A stretch of 64,000 bases of DNA from Candidatus Nanoarchaeia archaeon (GTDB taxonomy: Archaea; Nanobdellota; Nanobdellia; Woesearchaeales; UBA583): positions 561 through 64,560 of the forward strand of contig JBNKLP010000002.1 of assembly GCA_050292425.1 (NCBI GenBank), read 5' to 3'. The position numbers were made by a program, and so were the translations under genes. The notes beneath the pieces were generated by a model, which searched no databases, was not told the DNA's origin, and saw only the letters and a list, made by a program, of their open reading frames with translations. Shown here one piece after another: positions 44,067 through 53,807 of this stretch (positions are counted from its first letter, which is position 1; each line of letters opens with the position of its first letter).

Positions 44067-44843
44067 AATTTCGTCTTTTTTATCAACTCCTCTAAGTCCT
44101 TCTGTGATTTTTGAAAGTTCATTTACATTATTAATTAATGTTGGAGTAATCTTTTGGAAAACTTTTTCTAAAGCCTTTATTTCAGAGTTTACATCTAGTA
44201 TATTGCTATCATACGAACTAATCTTGTTAAGTACTTTTTTTTCCATACTTTCCATACTCTCTCTTAGATGAACAATATCTTCTTTTACCAAATTAAGTTG
44301 AGCTTCTTGTTTTTCCTTCCATTTAACAACTTTTTCAACACTTTCAACAAGTCTTGACCATCTCTCATCAATGATTTTTTCAACAGTCTCATCAATCATT
44401 TCTTGAATTTCATCTTTATCAACTTGTTTTGGAACACCATTATCCATCATCTGATTCAGATTGTCCAAAGACATTGTCTGTTGCTGAGCAACACCATTAG
44501 TTTGAGAAACTTCAGGATTTGTATTCATAGGGTTCATATTTGCAGATTCAGGAGAATTCATATTCAAAGTTTTAGAATTAATTTCGCCATTAGAATCTAA
44601 CAGAGGATCACTCATTGACATCATAGTATCTGTTTGAGGCGATGCAGGCATAGAAGGTACGCTCATTTGTTGTGCAAAGGGATTTGTGAATTCAGAACTC
44701 ATTCCCGTAGAAGGAGGTTTATTTGTATTTAACTCATTTGGAGGACTTGGTGGAGCACTTGAAGATGTTGAAGTTGCAGCATTTTTAACTTCATTTGTCT
44801 GCTGGCTATCCTCTTTCTCCTTTTTTTTCCCAAAAAAACTCAT
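44046..44843 (-). CDS. low-complexity (Pro/Ser/Asn/Met-rich) N-terminus plus C-terminal coiled-coil protein
   Basis: 265 aa from the ATG at 44843. The C-terminal 120 aa have heptad-like repeats. The gene overlaps the radB 3' end convergently by 21 nt. Confidence 0.5.
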   Translation of the reverse strand: MSFFGKKKEKEDSQQTNEVKNAATSTSSSAPPSPPNELNTNKPPSTGMSSEFTNPFAQQMSVPSMPASPQTDTMMSMSDPLLDSNGEINSKTLNMNSPESANMNPMNTNPEVSQTNGVAQQQTMSLDNLNQMMDNGVPKQVDKDEIQEMIDETVEKIIDERWSRLVESVEKVVKWKEKQEAQLNLVKEDIVHLRESMESMEKKVLNKISSYDSNILDVNSEIKALEKVFQKITPTLINNVNELSKITEGLRGVDKKDEISSKYVE

Positions 44844-44927
44844 AACAATTTTTGTAATCTGCAATTTAAAATAAATAGTATTAACTATTTGATTAAGAAA
44901 CTGTATTTTGTAATAAAATCATTCTTT

Positions 44928-45128
44928 TTACCCCCCTGAAACAACAGAAAGAATTTTAATCTCATCAGAGTCTGTAACCTTTGAATCTTCTAGGCAAACC
45001 TCTCCATTCTTTACAAGTATTATAGAACTAATGTTAATATTGAGTCTGTCTAAAATATTAACTAACTTGTCTCCTTCTTTTAATTTAACATCTATAGTTT
45101 CATTTGTTTTTTCAATAAAAACCTTCAT
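44928..45128 (-). CDS. ThiS/MoaD-family ubiquitin-like small protein (SAMP-like), C-terminal Gly-Gly
   Basis: 66 aa of beta-grasp size, ending ...ILSVVSGG-stop. Confidence 0.75.
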   Translation of the reverse strand: MKVFIEKTNETIDVKLKEGDKLVNILDRLNINISSIILVKNGEVCLEDSKVTDSDEIKILSVVSGG

Positions 45129-45232
45129 ATTATATCATAATATTTAATAATTTAAAAAATTACTTGAACAAACTGTGGTAATAATTACAACACAAAGTGC
45201 TCATTTAAATACTTCTTCAATTAAATCCTTTT

Positions 45233-46237
45233 ATGAAAGTAATTGTTCCTATGGCAGGATTGGGTTCTAGATTAAAACCTCACACACATACAGTTCCCAA
45301 GCCATTAATGGAAGTTGCAGGGAAACCCATTCTTGAATATGTAATTAAAGATCTTGAAAAAATAGGAGCTGATGAAGTAATATTTGTTGTTGGATACAAA
45401 AGAAAATCAATAAAAGATTACATTGCAAAATTTCATCCAAAACTAAATTGTAAATTTGTAGTTCAAAAAATAAGAGATGGAGATGGAAGTGCAGTAAGAT
45501 TAGGTCTTGATGAAATTAATGAAGAAGATGAGTTGTTTGTTATTTTTGGAGCTGATACACTTGTTGATTTTGATATAAAAAAAGCAATTTTACAAAACAA
45601 GAGAACTGATGCTCTGGTATTTGGAATGGAAGTTGATAAACCAGAAAATTATGGAGTTATGAATATAAATCAAAATAATGAAATATATGAAGTAGAAGAA
45701 AAACCAATTGAACCAAAATCAAATCTTGCAATAATTGGTGCATATTATTTTAAATCTGCTTTAACAGTAAAGAAATATTTAAATGAATTTTATCAAAACA
45801 ATGAAACAGAAAAAGGTGAATACAGAATTGTTCAGGTAATAAAAAAATATATCGAACTAGTAGACTTATCTATAAAAGCTCAACCTGTAAACAAATGGTT
45901 TGACTGTGGAAGAGTTGACATAATATTAGAGGCGTCCAAGTATTTTTTAAAAAAAAACTCAAAAGGTCAAATAATTCAAACTGGAACTTCAGTAATAATT
46001 CCTCCTTCATATGTTGCATCAACAGCTCAGCTCGAAAATTGTGTAATTGGACCTTTTGCATCAATTGGAGATGATACAATTTTGAAAAATGTTATAGTTG
46101 AAAACTCAATTGTATCATATAAATCTAAAATAGAAAATCTTATTTTGAAAAATTCCTTAGTTGGGAAAGAGGTAACACTTCATGGTAAACCTTCCAAAAT
46201 CAACATAGGAGAAAAATCAGAAATTTATTTAGAATAA
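45233..46237 (+). CDS. sugar-1-phosphate nucleotidylyltransferase with C-terminal left-handed beta-helix
   Basis: The N-terminal NTP-transferase motif is MKVIVPMAGLGSRLKPHTHTVPKPLMEVAGKPILEY. The C-terminus has hexapeptide-like repeats. Confidence 0.8.
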   Translation: MKVIVPMAGLGSRLKPHTHTVPKPLMEVAGKPILEYVIKDLEKIGADEVIFVVGYKRKSIKDYIAKFHPKLNCKFVVQKIRDGDGSAVRLGLDEINEEDELFVIFGADTLVDFDIKKAILQNKRTDALVFGMEVDKPENYGVMNINQNNEIYEVEEKPIEPKSNLAIIGAYYFKSALTVKKYLNEFYQNNETEKGEYRIVQVIKKYIELVDLSIKAQPVNKWFDCGRVDIILEASKYFLKKNSKGQIIQTGTSVIIPPSYVASTAQLENCVIGPFASIGDDTILKNVIVENSIVSYKSKIENLILKNSLVGKEVTLHGKPSKINIGEKSEIYLE

Positions 46238-46240
46238 ATT

Positions 46241-46987
46241 TCATTTTTCAAAGAACTCTTTCAAATATTTCTGAGATAAACTAAAATCTCCATTAACAGA
46301 TAAATCGTGTCCAGCATCTTCAATAGTTTTCAATTCACCTCTTTTTAGGTTTTTAGCAATTTCCACACTACTTGAGTGTGGAATGACTTTATCTTCATTT
46401 CCATGAACTATGCAAATAGGAAAATCAAATTTATTTACTTTATCAGATAATGGATAATAATTTTTCAAATCTTCAACACATTCAAATCCGACTTTTATTT
46501 TTTTACCATCAGATTTTTCTTTTAATTCATATCCTATTTTTTTTACTTCTTCGTAAGCTTCTTCATTTCCTTTTTTTAAATATCTAAAATATGCACCTGC
46601 TCCTGGACATCTAAGAAACATTCTTTTAACATTATGTTTCATGGCATATCCTATTGCAACAGGTCCTCCAAAACTTGAACCAATCAAACTGATATTTTCA
46701 TAACCTAAATCCAATACAAATTTTGTTGCTGCCTCAATTTGCTTAATGTAATTTGATACAGAAGCATTGTAAATTTCAAATTCACTTTCTCCCATATTGT
46801 CCAAATCTATTCTTAAAGAAGAAATTTCTAACTTTTGCAAAATTTTGGCACTAATTTTAGCTGAAGTATTTTTATGAGATGAAAATCCATGAATTATGAT
46901 GACTATCTCATCTTTGTTTTCACTTTCATTTAAAATTCCACAAACTTTGCCTAGTTCGCCTTCAAAAAATACTTTTTTCTCTGACAT
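46241..46987 (-). CDS. alpha/beta-fold hydrolase
   Basis: HGFSSHK, the nucleophile elbow GSSFGG, and the late HGNEDKVIP/GHD are consistent with a Ser-Asp-His triad. Confidence 0.7.
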   Translation of the reverse strand: MSEKKVFFEGELGKVCGILNESENKDEIVIIIHGFSSHKNTSAKISAKILQKLEISSLRIDLDNMGESEFEIYNASVSNYIKQIEAATKFVLDLGYENISLIGSSFGGPVAIGYAMKHNVKRMFLRCPGAGAYFRYLKKGNEEAYEEVKKIGYELKEKSDGKKIKVGFECVEDLKNYYPLSDKVNKFDFPICIVHGNEDKVIPHSSSVEIAKNLKRGELKTIEDAGHDLSVNGDFSLSQKYLKEFFEK

Positions 46988-46988
46988 T

Positions 46989-47453
46989 CTACTTCATCTC
47001 ATCACGTCTTATCTCCAGCAGTTTTGGAACATGAGAATTGAACTCATCCAAAATAGCAAAAACTTTTTTAGTCTCATCAAAACTCTCAACAACTTTCAAA
47101 CTCTCAAAAGTTTTGTCAATTTCACTTAGAACTTTTTTGAAATTCTTTGGAAAATTTTGATTATTTAAAATTTCTTCATTAATTTTAACTTCATTTTCTA
47201 CTAGACTTTTCAAATCCTTTTCAAAGTCTTCTCCTAATTCGTATTTTCTGTTCTCCAAAAACATAAGAAGAAGAGCTTTAATTTCTCTATAAGTTCTTTT
47301 TATATTACTCAAAGTAAATTCATTAAATTTACCTAAAAAGTTATTAAAATTTTTTTCATTAAAAGTCAAAATCTGCATTTCAATAAGTCCGTCTTCAAAC
47401 TCAAGCATAGTCTCATAAATCTTACGTCTAGGGATATTTGTCATAAATGTCAT
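46989..47453 (-). CDS. hypothetical helical protein
   Basis: 154-aa ORF between the secretion ATPase and the hydrolase. Its stop abuts the hydrolase start. Confidence 0.45.
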   Translation of the reverse strand: MTFMTNIPRRKIYETMLEFEDGLIEMQILTFNEKNFNNFLGKFNEFTLSNIKRTYREIKALLLMFLENRKYELGEDFEKDLKSLVENEVKINEEILNNQNFPKNFKKVLSEIDKTFESLKVVESFDETKKVFAILDEFNSHVPKLLEIRRDEMK

Positions 47454-47493
47454 AATAATACAAAGAAATTGTTATTTATTAAATTAATTAACT

Positions 47494-50400
47494 TTAAACT
47501 TCTGTAAGGATTTTCCTTTCATTCAAAAAATGCTTTACAAAATCCTTGTACCATTCCTTGAATTCAAAGAAAATCTTCTTTGAATCCAAATATCCATATT
47601 CATTACTAACTTTCTCAGAAATTTTATGGAACATATCATTTGCAGCAATCACTGGCTCAGCTTCAAGTATTTCATCATTTTCTATTTTTACACTAACATC
47701 AACCATGTGTTTCTTAATATTGGCACGCAAAGTAATATTGTCCCAAATTGCATCCCAGTTTCCTGCCCATTGCTTAACATTACCTCCAATTGCTTTTAAA
47801 ACATCACTCTCTCCATTAATCAAATCATCAGTAATTTCAAGCCTATCTGTTTTGGAATCATATTTGAACAAATCCTGAAATCCTCCTTCAAGTGAGGGAT
47901 CTTTCTCCCATTTCTTACGAACCTCAGTAATCTGAGTAATACGCCTCATTCTATGTAATCCATCAGATGACTTAACTGGATTTGCAACAATAATGATGTC
48001 AGTTGCCTTAAAAGATGTATTAGGAACACCAAGATCATTAACTAATCTGTCATAAACTCCATAAGGACTATCTCCATGAATCGTTCCAGCAACAACATTG
48101 GCAAGTGCTCCAACTCTCATTGCCTCATAAAGTGCAAGTGCCTCAGTACTTCTAACCTCTCCAACAATCAAACAAGAATCTCCAAGACGCAAAGTTGACC
48201 TAATTCCCATATCTGCACTAAGTCCTTCTTTAGAAATAGACAAAGCACTTCTAACACTCATAGGTTGTATATTATAACCAAGATCCGCAAGTTGCAAAGT
48301 AGGAATTTCAAGAGTATTATGTGCTAAAATATTATTAGTTACAAAATTCTCATTTTCAGGAACAGAAATATCATAAACATACTCTTCAGATTCAACTACT
48401 TTAACTTTAATAACTCTATCCCAAAATATGTCTGATTCTGAGAGTTCCTTCAAATAAGTAAGATATTGAAAATTTTTATAATTTTTCTCTAAATATTTCA
48501 CAATTTTCTTTAATTTTTTAATTCCAATATTATTTTTTCTTATAATATAATCATTCGAGTTAAAAATTTTATTATTTTTTATTGTGTTATGGATTTCTTT
48601 TCTAATATTCAAAGGCAGGGGAACAATTTCTGAATTTTCATGAGAAACTTTTCTTTGAGTCAACATACTTAAATTTTTATTTTTATAATCTTGTAAAAAT
48701 CCAATATGTTTCTCGAATAATTTGCAATTTCTAATTCCTGAAATTCTTCCATCATCAGTTCTATCTGGATAAATAGTTCCTTTTTTCGCAATTTTCTTCA
48801 CTCTAAAGATAATTCCTAAATTTAACATTAATGTTTGAATGTCTTTTAATAATTGTTCTGAAGCTAATGAAGTAATAACTTCATATTTACCTACACAACC
48901 ATCTCCACTAAAAAATCCTCTTAAAACACTATTTATTTGTTTTTGAGATAAATTAAAAATCCAATTAGGTATTTTTTTAGTATATGCATTTCCATTAAGT
49001 TCCATTAATTCTTGCATTACAAATTTCAATGTTTTTGAATTAATCATTAATGAAAATTTATCAGAATGAACTTTAACATTAACTTTAAACTTTTTTGCAA
49101 TTAACTTAACTAAATCTTGTTCTTCTTTTGAACTAACTGACATAATTATTGACTTTTCATCATAACAACCATCAGCTATCCATAAACCAACAAACTCTAA
49201 AAATTTAGAATCTAGTTCAATATTAAAAGGAATTTCTTGATAAGAATTTTTTGATAACTTAAATGATTCAATTTTTTCATTCTTAATTATCTCAATTGGA
49301 AAAGAATTTTTTTGAAACCAAGCATTATATGTACTCTTAGGGATTTTAGCTTTCTTTGCTCTTATTTTTATTTCTTCTCTGTTAAATTTCTCTAATTTAA
49401 CAAATATATTTTCTTTTTCCAAAATTTTTTTATCAATTTTAAAGAAGCTCTTACTCAAATTTTTATTAATGGTTTTGTTTGGTGTAACAATAAACGATCC
49501 TTCTTTCAAATCTTTTGTTTTAATCTCTTTGAATGGAATCTTTTCTCCAATTGTAAACAATGAATGATCTCCTGTGATTTTAATTTCTCTTCCTGTTGCG
49601 GTAACTAATTTGAAAATTGGTTTATTTACTTTATGCCTTATTAGTGAAGTTGATTTAGAATAATGTATTTTTCCAGATTTATTAATAGTTTGAACTTCAA
49701 AGTTAGGGTTTTCAACAATCTCTCTTCCATTTCTAATTTTAATCTCATTATCATTATATTCTTTAAATAGTTCTTCAAAATTAATTTTTCTTAGTTTTTT
49801 ATTTTGTTTAATTAATAATTCACAATTTCCAGTTACACTATCCTCCACAGTAATCATTCTGTACTTTCTCATGATCTCTACCATAAGTGCAGTCAAGAAA
49901 GAGGACTTACCACTACCCCTAGTTCCCGCAATAAGTATTGTTCTAGCCCCATCAATAATAAAGGAGAGTAAACCTGCAGCCTCATATGAAATCATATTAT
50001 TTTTAATAAAAAGTGGTAATGTCCATGGCTTGTCTCTGTGACGTCTGAATGAAAATCCCAAACCGTAAGGGTTAAGTGGTTTTCCAACAACTGAAACTCT
50101 GGCTCTTGCATGAGGAGTTTCAATTTCAGCATCCAAAATGGGATTTGATGCATCAAGAGGTTTTCCTGAAATCATTCTAAGACGTGATGCCCATCCTTCA
50201 ACTTCATCTTGTTCAGGAATTATATTTGTTTTGCAATCTTCAAAATCTGAATGTGTCAAAAATATTGGTGTTTTGTTTGCAGGAGCATTTATTGAAATGT
50301 CTTGTACTCTCTCATCTTCAAGTAAAGTTTCAACCAAACCAAAACCAACAGTGTATCGAATAAGAACATTCGCCAGATCTTCAACTTCTTCTTGTTTCAA

Positions 50401-51315
50401 TTTTACATTTTTAAATTCAGCAATCTCCTCAATCAAATCCATTGCAATATTATGAAAAACTTCCCTTAATCTTTGCGGATCAATAAAATCATTGGATTCT
50501 GGCTTATGTTCAGAAATAACCTCTTTTGCCAAATTCAATATTGCATACTTATCTTCACTCAAAGTAAATTCAAGAGGAGTCAGATGATACAAATTATTAG
50601 CTTCGTTGTCAAGTTCAAAAATGGTTACTTTTGCATCCTCAAGATTATATGAATCAAGTTCTCTGGCTTCAATAGGGATTCTTTTCTGGAGAGATGTGTA
50701 GATAAAATTTGGTTTTATATTTGCTTCAAAAAATTTTTTATAGATTTTCCTATCTCCGACTTTAAAACCTTCAATTTCACTTTTCACTGCTTTTATAATA
50801 CTTAATTCTTCAAGTTTTGTCAAAATATACTTAAGTGCATTTTCATATTTTGAGTCAACTTCAACGCATTCATTGTTTCTATAATTTTTCTCAAATTTAT
50901 AATCTCTATGTTTTCTTTTAATTTTAACATAAGCACCAATAGGATCAGCAGGTAAATCTTTCACAATTGTATTTTGTAAAAAAGTGTATCTGTTAAAAAA
51001 AAGTTTCATGCATTCTTCATTTTTATTCAAAATTTGTCCTGTTGTAAAAAGTTCCTTTTGTTTTGAAAGTAGATTAAAAACCTCTCCAATTTCCTTTAAT
51101 AATCTAACTTGATCAAATTCGTATTCATAGTTTTTGTTATGTACAAAAATAATTTTTGTGATTGATGGATTCTGGACAATTCTTTTCACGGTATCTCTCA
51201 TAACGATTCCATCATCTTCAATTGAGGGAAAATTTCCTTTGCCTAAATAATTGATTTTTAAAATTGATTCCACTCCATGTTTCACAACTTCAAAATCTTT
51301 ATTATCAGCAAACAT
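47494..51315 (-). CDS. type II/IV secretion-system ATPase (VirB11/GspE/FlaI/KlbA family) interrupted by an intein
   Basis: The Walker A is GTRGSGKSS and the Asp box is split as ITVED | TLEIP. The Walker B region is LRLGDSCLIVGEVRSTEA and the His box is AGTIHGDS. The extein is 765 aa, with a long N-terminal region of about 460 aa. Confidence 0.85.
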   Translation of the reverse strand: MFADNKDFEVVKHGVESILKINYLGKGNFPSIEDDGIVMRDTVKRIVQNPSITKIIFVHNKNYEYEFDQVRLLKEIGEVFNLLSKQKELFTTGQILNKNEECMKLFFNRYTFLQNTIVKDLPADPIGAYVKIKRKHRDYKFEKNYRNNECVEVDSKYENALKYILTKLEELSIIKAVKSEIEGFKVGDRKIYKKFFEANIKPNFIYTSLQKRIPIEARELDSYNLEDAKVTIFELDNEANNLYHLTPLEFTLSEDKYAILNLAKEVISEHKPESNDFIDPQRLREVFHNIAMDLIEEIAEFKNVKLKQEEVEDLANVLIRYTVGFGLVETLLEDERVQDISINAPANKTPIFLTHSDFEDCKTNIIPEQDEVEGWASRLRMISGKPLDASNPILDAEIETPHARARVSVVGKPLNPYGLGFSFRRHRDKPWTLPLFIKNNMISYEAAGLLSFIIDGARTILIAGTRGSGKSSFLTALMVEIMRKYRMITVEDSVTGNCELLIKQNKKLRKINFEELFKEYNDNEIKIRNGREIVENPNFEVQTINKSGKIHYSKSTSLIRHKVNKPIFKLVTATGREIKITGDHSLFTIGEKIPFKEIKTKDLKEGSFIVTPNKTINKNLSKSFFKIDKKILEKENIFVKLEKFNREEIKIRAKKAKIPKSTYNAWFQKNSFPIEIIKNEKIESFKLSKNSYQEIPFNIELDSKFLEFVGLWIADGCYDEKSIIMSVSSKEEQDLVKLIAKKFKVNVKVHSDKFSLMINSKTLKFVMQELMELNGNAYTKKIPNWIFNLSQKQINSVLRGFFSGDGCVGKYEVITSLASEQLLKDIQTLMLNLGIIFRVKKIAKKGTIYPDRTDDGRISGIRNCKLFEKHIGFLQDYKNKNLSMLTQRKVSHENSEIVPLPLNIRKEIHNTIKNNKIFNSNDYIIRKNNIGIKKLKKIVKYLEKNYKNFQYLTYLKELSESDIFWDRVIKVKVVESEEYVYDISVPENENFVTNNILAHNTLEIPTLQLADLGYNIQPMSVRSALSISKEGLSADMGIRSTLRLGDSCLIVGEVRSTEALALYEAMRVGALANVVAGTIHGDSPYGVYDRLVNDLGVPNTSFKATDIIIVANPVKSSDGLHRMRRITQITEVRKKWEKDPSLEGGFQDLFKYDSKTDRLEITDDLINGESDVLKAIGGNVKQWAGNWDAIWDNITLRANIKKHMVDVSVKIENDEILEAEPVIAANDMFHKISEKVSNEYGYLDSKKIFFEFKEWYKDFVKHFLNERKILTEV
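48316..49839 (-). mobile_element. intein with LAGLIDADG homing endonuclease (residues 493-1000 of the ATPase ORF)
   Basis: It starts SVTGNCELLI directly after ..ITVED and ends ..NNILAHN, followed by Thr (+1) of TLEIP. The two dodecapeptide motifs are FLEFVGLWIADGCYD and VLRGFFSGDGCV. I checked the codon boundaries against the nucleotide sequence. Confidence 0.85.
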
Positions 51316-51686
51316 AAAATCTTCAGTTTCTAATCTTTTTTATAATGATTTCTTTACTTATTCGTGGTAAAGTGCTGTTTCCTTGAATTTACCTTTGTTA
51401 AGGCTTGTTTCTTCTTTTTTTTAGAAAAGTTTATAAATGGTTTCCTCCATTGAATATTTACTCAATGACATAGATGTATATATTTATACTATGTCGATTG
51501 GGCCAAGCAACTTACAACTTACATCAATGGTAGTTTGGTAAAACTCTATCATTGATTTCAAATTATTTTTAATATTAAAAAGTTAATTAACCAACTTTTT
51601 TGTAAGACTTTTATTATGTTCTCTAAAACTACTACTGATTGCAAATAAAAATCTTTATATAACAAATAAATTGCAATGAATTATCC

Positions 51687-53492
51687 ATGAAAAAAATTAA
51701 ATCAATTTTAGCAATATTAATGTTAATGGGTATGTTGATGCCTATTGCATTTTCTGCTGATAATGAAACATCTGTTGATGATATTAATGTTTCAGTTGAA
51801 ATGGAAGATGGTAATACATTAATGATGGAAGAATTAGAAGAAAAGGAACTTACGTGTGAGAACCTTGAAGCAATCAGAAAAAGACTCTCAGATTTGGATA
51901 AAAAGATAAGAGAACATTCAAAGTCTGCAAATTCTGACGAAATTGAGATTTATAAATTAAATAGACAAAACATAAAAGAAAGTCTTGATGCACTTGAAGA
52001 TAGGTGTATTGCATCTCAGATAAAAAAAGACATTAAAGAAAAAAGAGATGACTTTCAACAGTTAAAAGAAGAAAGACCTGTTTTGGCAGCAAACCTTCTA
52101 TGTGAAAATCTTGATCAGGTTCGTGAAGAACTAAAAACAATAGATGAGGAAATAAAAAATTTAAATTCCAGTAGTTTTACTGATGAAGAAAAGGAAATTT
52201 ACAAGCAAAGAAGAGAAGAAGCTAAAGAAAAACTTGATTCTCTTGAAGAAAGATGTGCAGAGATGAAAGAAGACTTTGATGAAAATGAATCAGAAATTCC
52301 TAAATTAAGAACTGAAATAAAGGAAAAAGTTGAAATTCAAAAAGAATTGGCTAAAGTAAGAAAAAAAGTAATTGATGATTTAAAAAAAGAAAGAGAAAAT
52401 TTTGAGAATAAAAAAGAAGATCTCAAAGAAAAACATAAAAAAGGAAATCTTAACATTGAAGAACTTAGGGATTTTATGTTAAATGCTATCGAGTCTCAGC
52501 TTGAAAAAGTTGAAATGTACAAGCAAAGAGTTGAAGATTCCAACTTTTCAAGAAAAGATATTGCAATTGCAGAACTGGAAAATGTTGAAAATAAATTAAA
52601 TGAGTATAAAACAAAAGTTGAAGAAGCACAAACAAAAGAAGAGCTTCTAAAAATAGGAAAAGAAATCAAAAAAGACTTCGAGACTGAAATGAAAAAATTT
52701 GCATACTTTAACTCTATTGTTATGTCAAATGGTTATGAAAAAGTAATAACAAAAATTGAGAGTATTTTAAATATAGTTGAAGAAAAATATCCAGGAGAAT
52801 ACGATTCAGAAATTGAAACAATAAATCAGATGCTTGATGAAGTTAAATTAAAAATTGAGGAATTATTTGATTCAATAGAAAATTTTGATTCAAAAAATTA
52901 TGGTCAGGCAGTTTCAGAATACAAACACAAGAATAATGAAATAAGAAAAGACTTTAAAGAAATACACAAAAAACTTAAAGATTTGAAAAAGAAAATCTTA
53001 GGTCAGTATGATGAAGAAGATTCACAGGAAGACTCAGAAGAATCAAATGAAGATGACGAACCTACAGATGAATCAGGAGATGATGAATCTCAAAATGATC
53101 AGGGAAATACCGATGAAAGTACAACTCCTAGTAATAATGAAACAACAACTGATCAGCCAAAAAATACAAATACTACAAATGAAGAGACAAATACGACTGT
53201 TGTAACAGTAGATGAAGCGCAGCAAGCATTGACAAATGCTCAAACACAAATTAATCTAGCACAAGAAACATTAGATCAAGCTCAAACAGATGGTTATAAT
53301 GTGGATTTATATGTATCATATTTAGAAGATGCTATTCAGGATTTGGCTTTAGCTCAAGAACAGTACGATTTAGGCAATTATGAAACTTCTGCACAATATT
53401 CATTATCTGCAGAAAATTTGGCTATGCAAGCTATGAACATTGATTATACAACACTTGAAACTCAAACTAATACAACTGGAGGTGTTCAATGA
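51687..53492 (+). CDS. secreted coiled-coil protein with an acidic, Thr/Asn-rich low-complexity region
   Basis: The signal peptide is MKKIKSILAILMLMGMLMPIAFSA. About 400 aa of Glu/Lys heptads contain repeated LxxLExRC units, followed by an acidic tract. Confidence 0.6.
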   Translation: MKKIKSILAILMLMGMLMPIAFSADNETSVDDINVSVEMEDGNTLMMEELEEKELTCENLEAIRKRLSDLDKKIREHSKSANSDEIEIYKLNRQNIKESLDALEDRCIASQIKKDIKEKRDDFQQLKEERPVLAANLLCENLDQVREELKTIDEEIKNLNSSSFTDEEKEIYKQRREEAKEKLDSLEERCAEMKEDFDENESEIPKLRTEIKEKVEIQKELAKVRKKVIDDLKKERENFENKKEDLKEKHKKGNLNIEELRDFMLNAIESQLEKVEMYKQRVEDSNFSRKDIAIAELENVENKLNEYKTKVEEAQTKEELLKIGKEIKKDFETEMKKFAYFNSIVMSNGYEKVITKIESILNIVEEKYPGEYDSEIETINQMLDEVKLKIEELFDSIENFDSKNYGQAVSEYKHKNNEIRKDFKEIHKKLKDLKKKILGQYDEEDSQEDSEESNEDDEPTDESGDDESQNDQGNTDESTTPSNNETTTDQPKNTNTTNEETNTTVVTVDEAQQALTNAQTQINLAQETLDQAQTDGYNVDLYVSYLEDAIQDLALAQEQYDLGNYETSAQYSLSAENLAMQAMNIDYTTLETQTNTTGGVQ

Positions 53493-53743
53493 TGAATAAG
53501 ATATTAACTTTATTTTTATCTTTGTTTTTGGTATTTGCAATAACTGGATGTAGTCAATCATCACAAGATGATATGGGAACATCTGATTTAAATGCTCAAA
53601 ATGATGTAGTTCAACAACCTCAAACAACAACTCAGCAAGATACTCAGATTGATGAAGATCTGCAGGAAATTGAAACTGCTCTAGATGAACTTGATTCTCT
53701 TGAAGAATTGGGTTCTGAAGATTTGGATGTTTCATTAGAATAA
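53489..53743 (+). CDS. small acidic lipoprotein
   Basis: The lipobox-like signal is LFLVFAITGC. The start overlaps the upstream stop (ATGA). Confidence 0.5.
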   Translation: MMNKILTLFLSLFLVFAITGCSQSSQDDMGTSDLNAQNDVVQQPQTTTQQDTQIDEDLQEIETALDELDSLEELGSEDLDVSLE

Positions 53744-53807
53744 TTTTATTTTATTTTTCTTAATATTAAAGATTTAATTTATAAATATAAAAATCCATTT
53801 AATATAT

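Noticed and set aside
28938-44943. The 16-kb segment bounded by the 17-19 nt inverted repeat, considered as a composite transposon.
   Set aside because: The segment carries essential single-copy genes (polB, gatA, uL15, secY, radB) and no transposase. The repeat is better explained as a gene relic or an inversion substrate.
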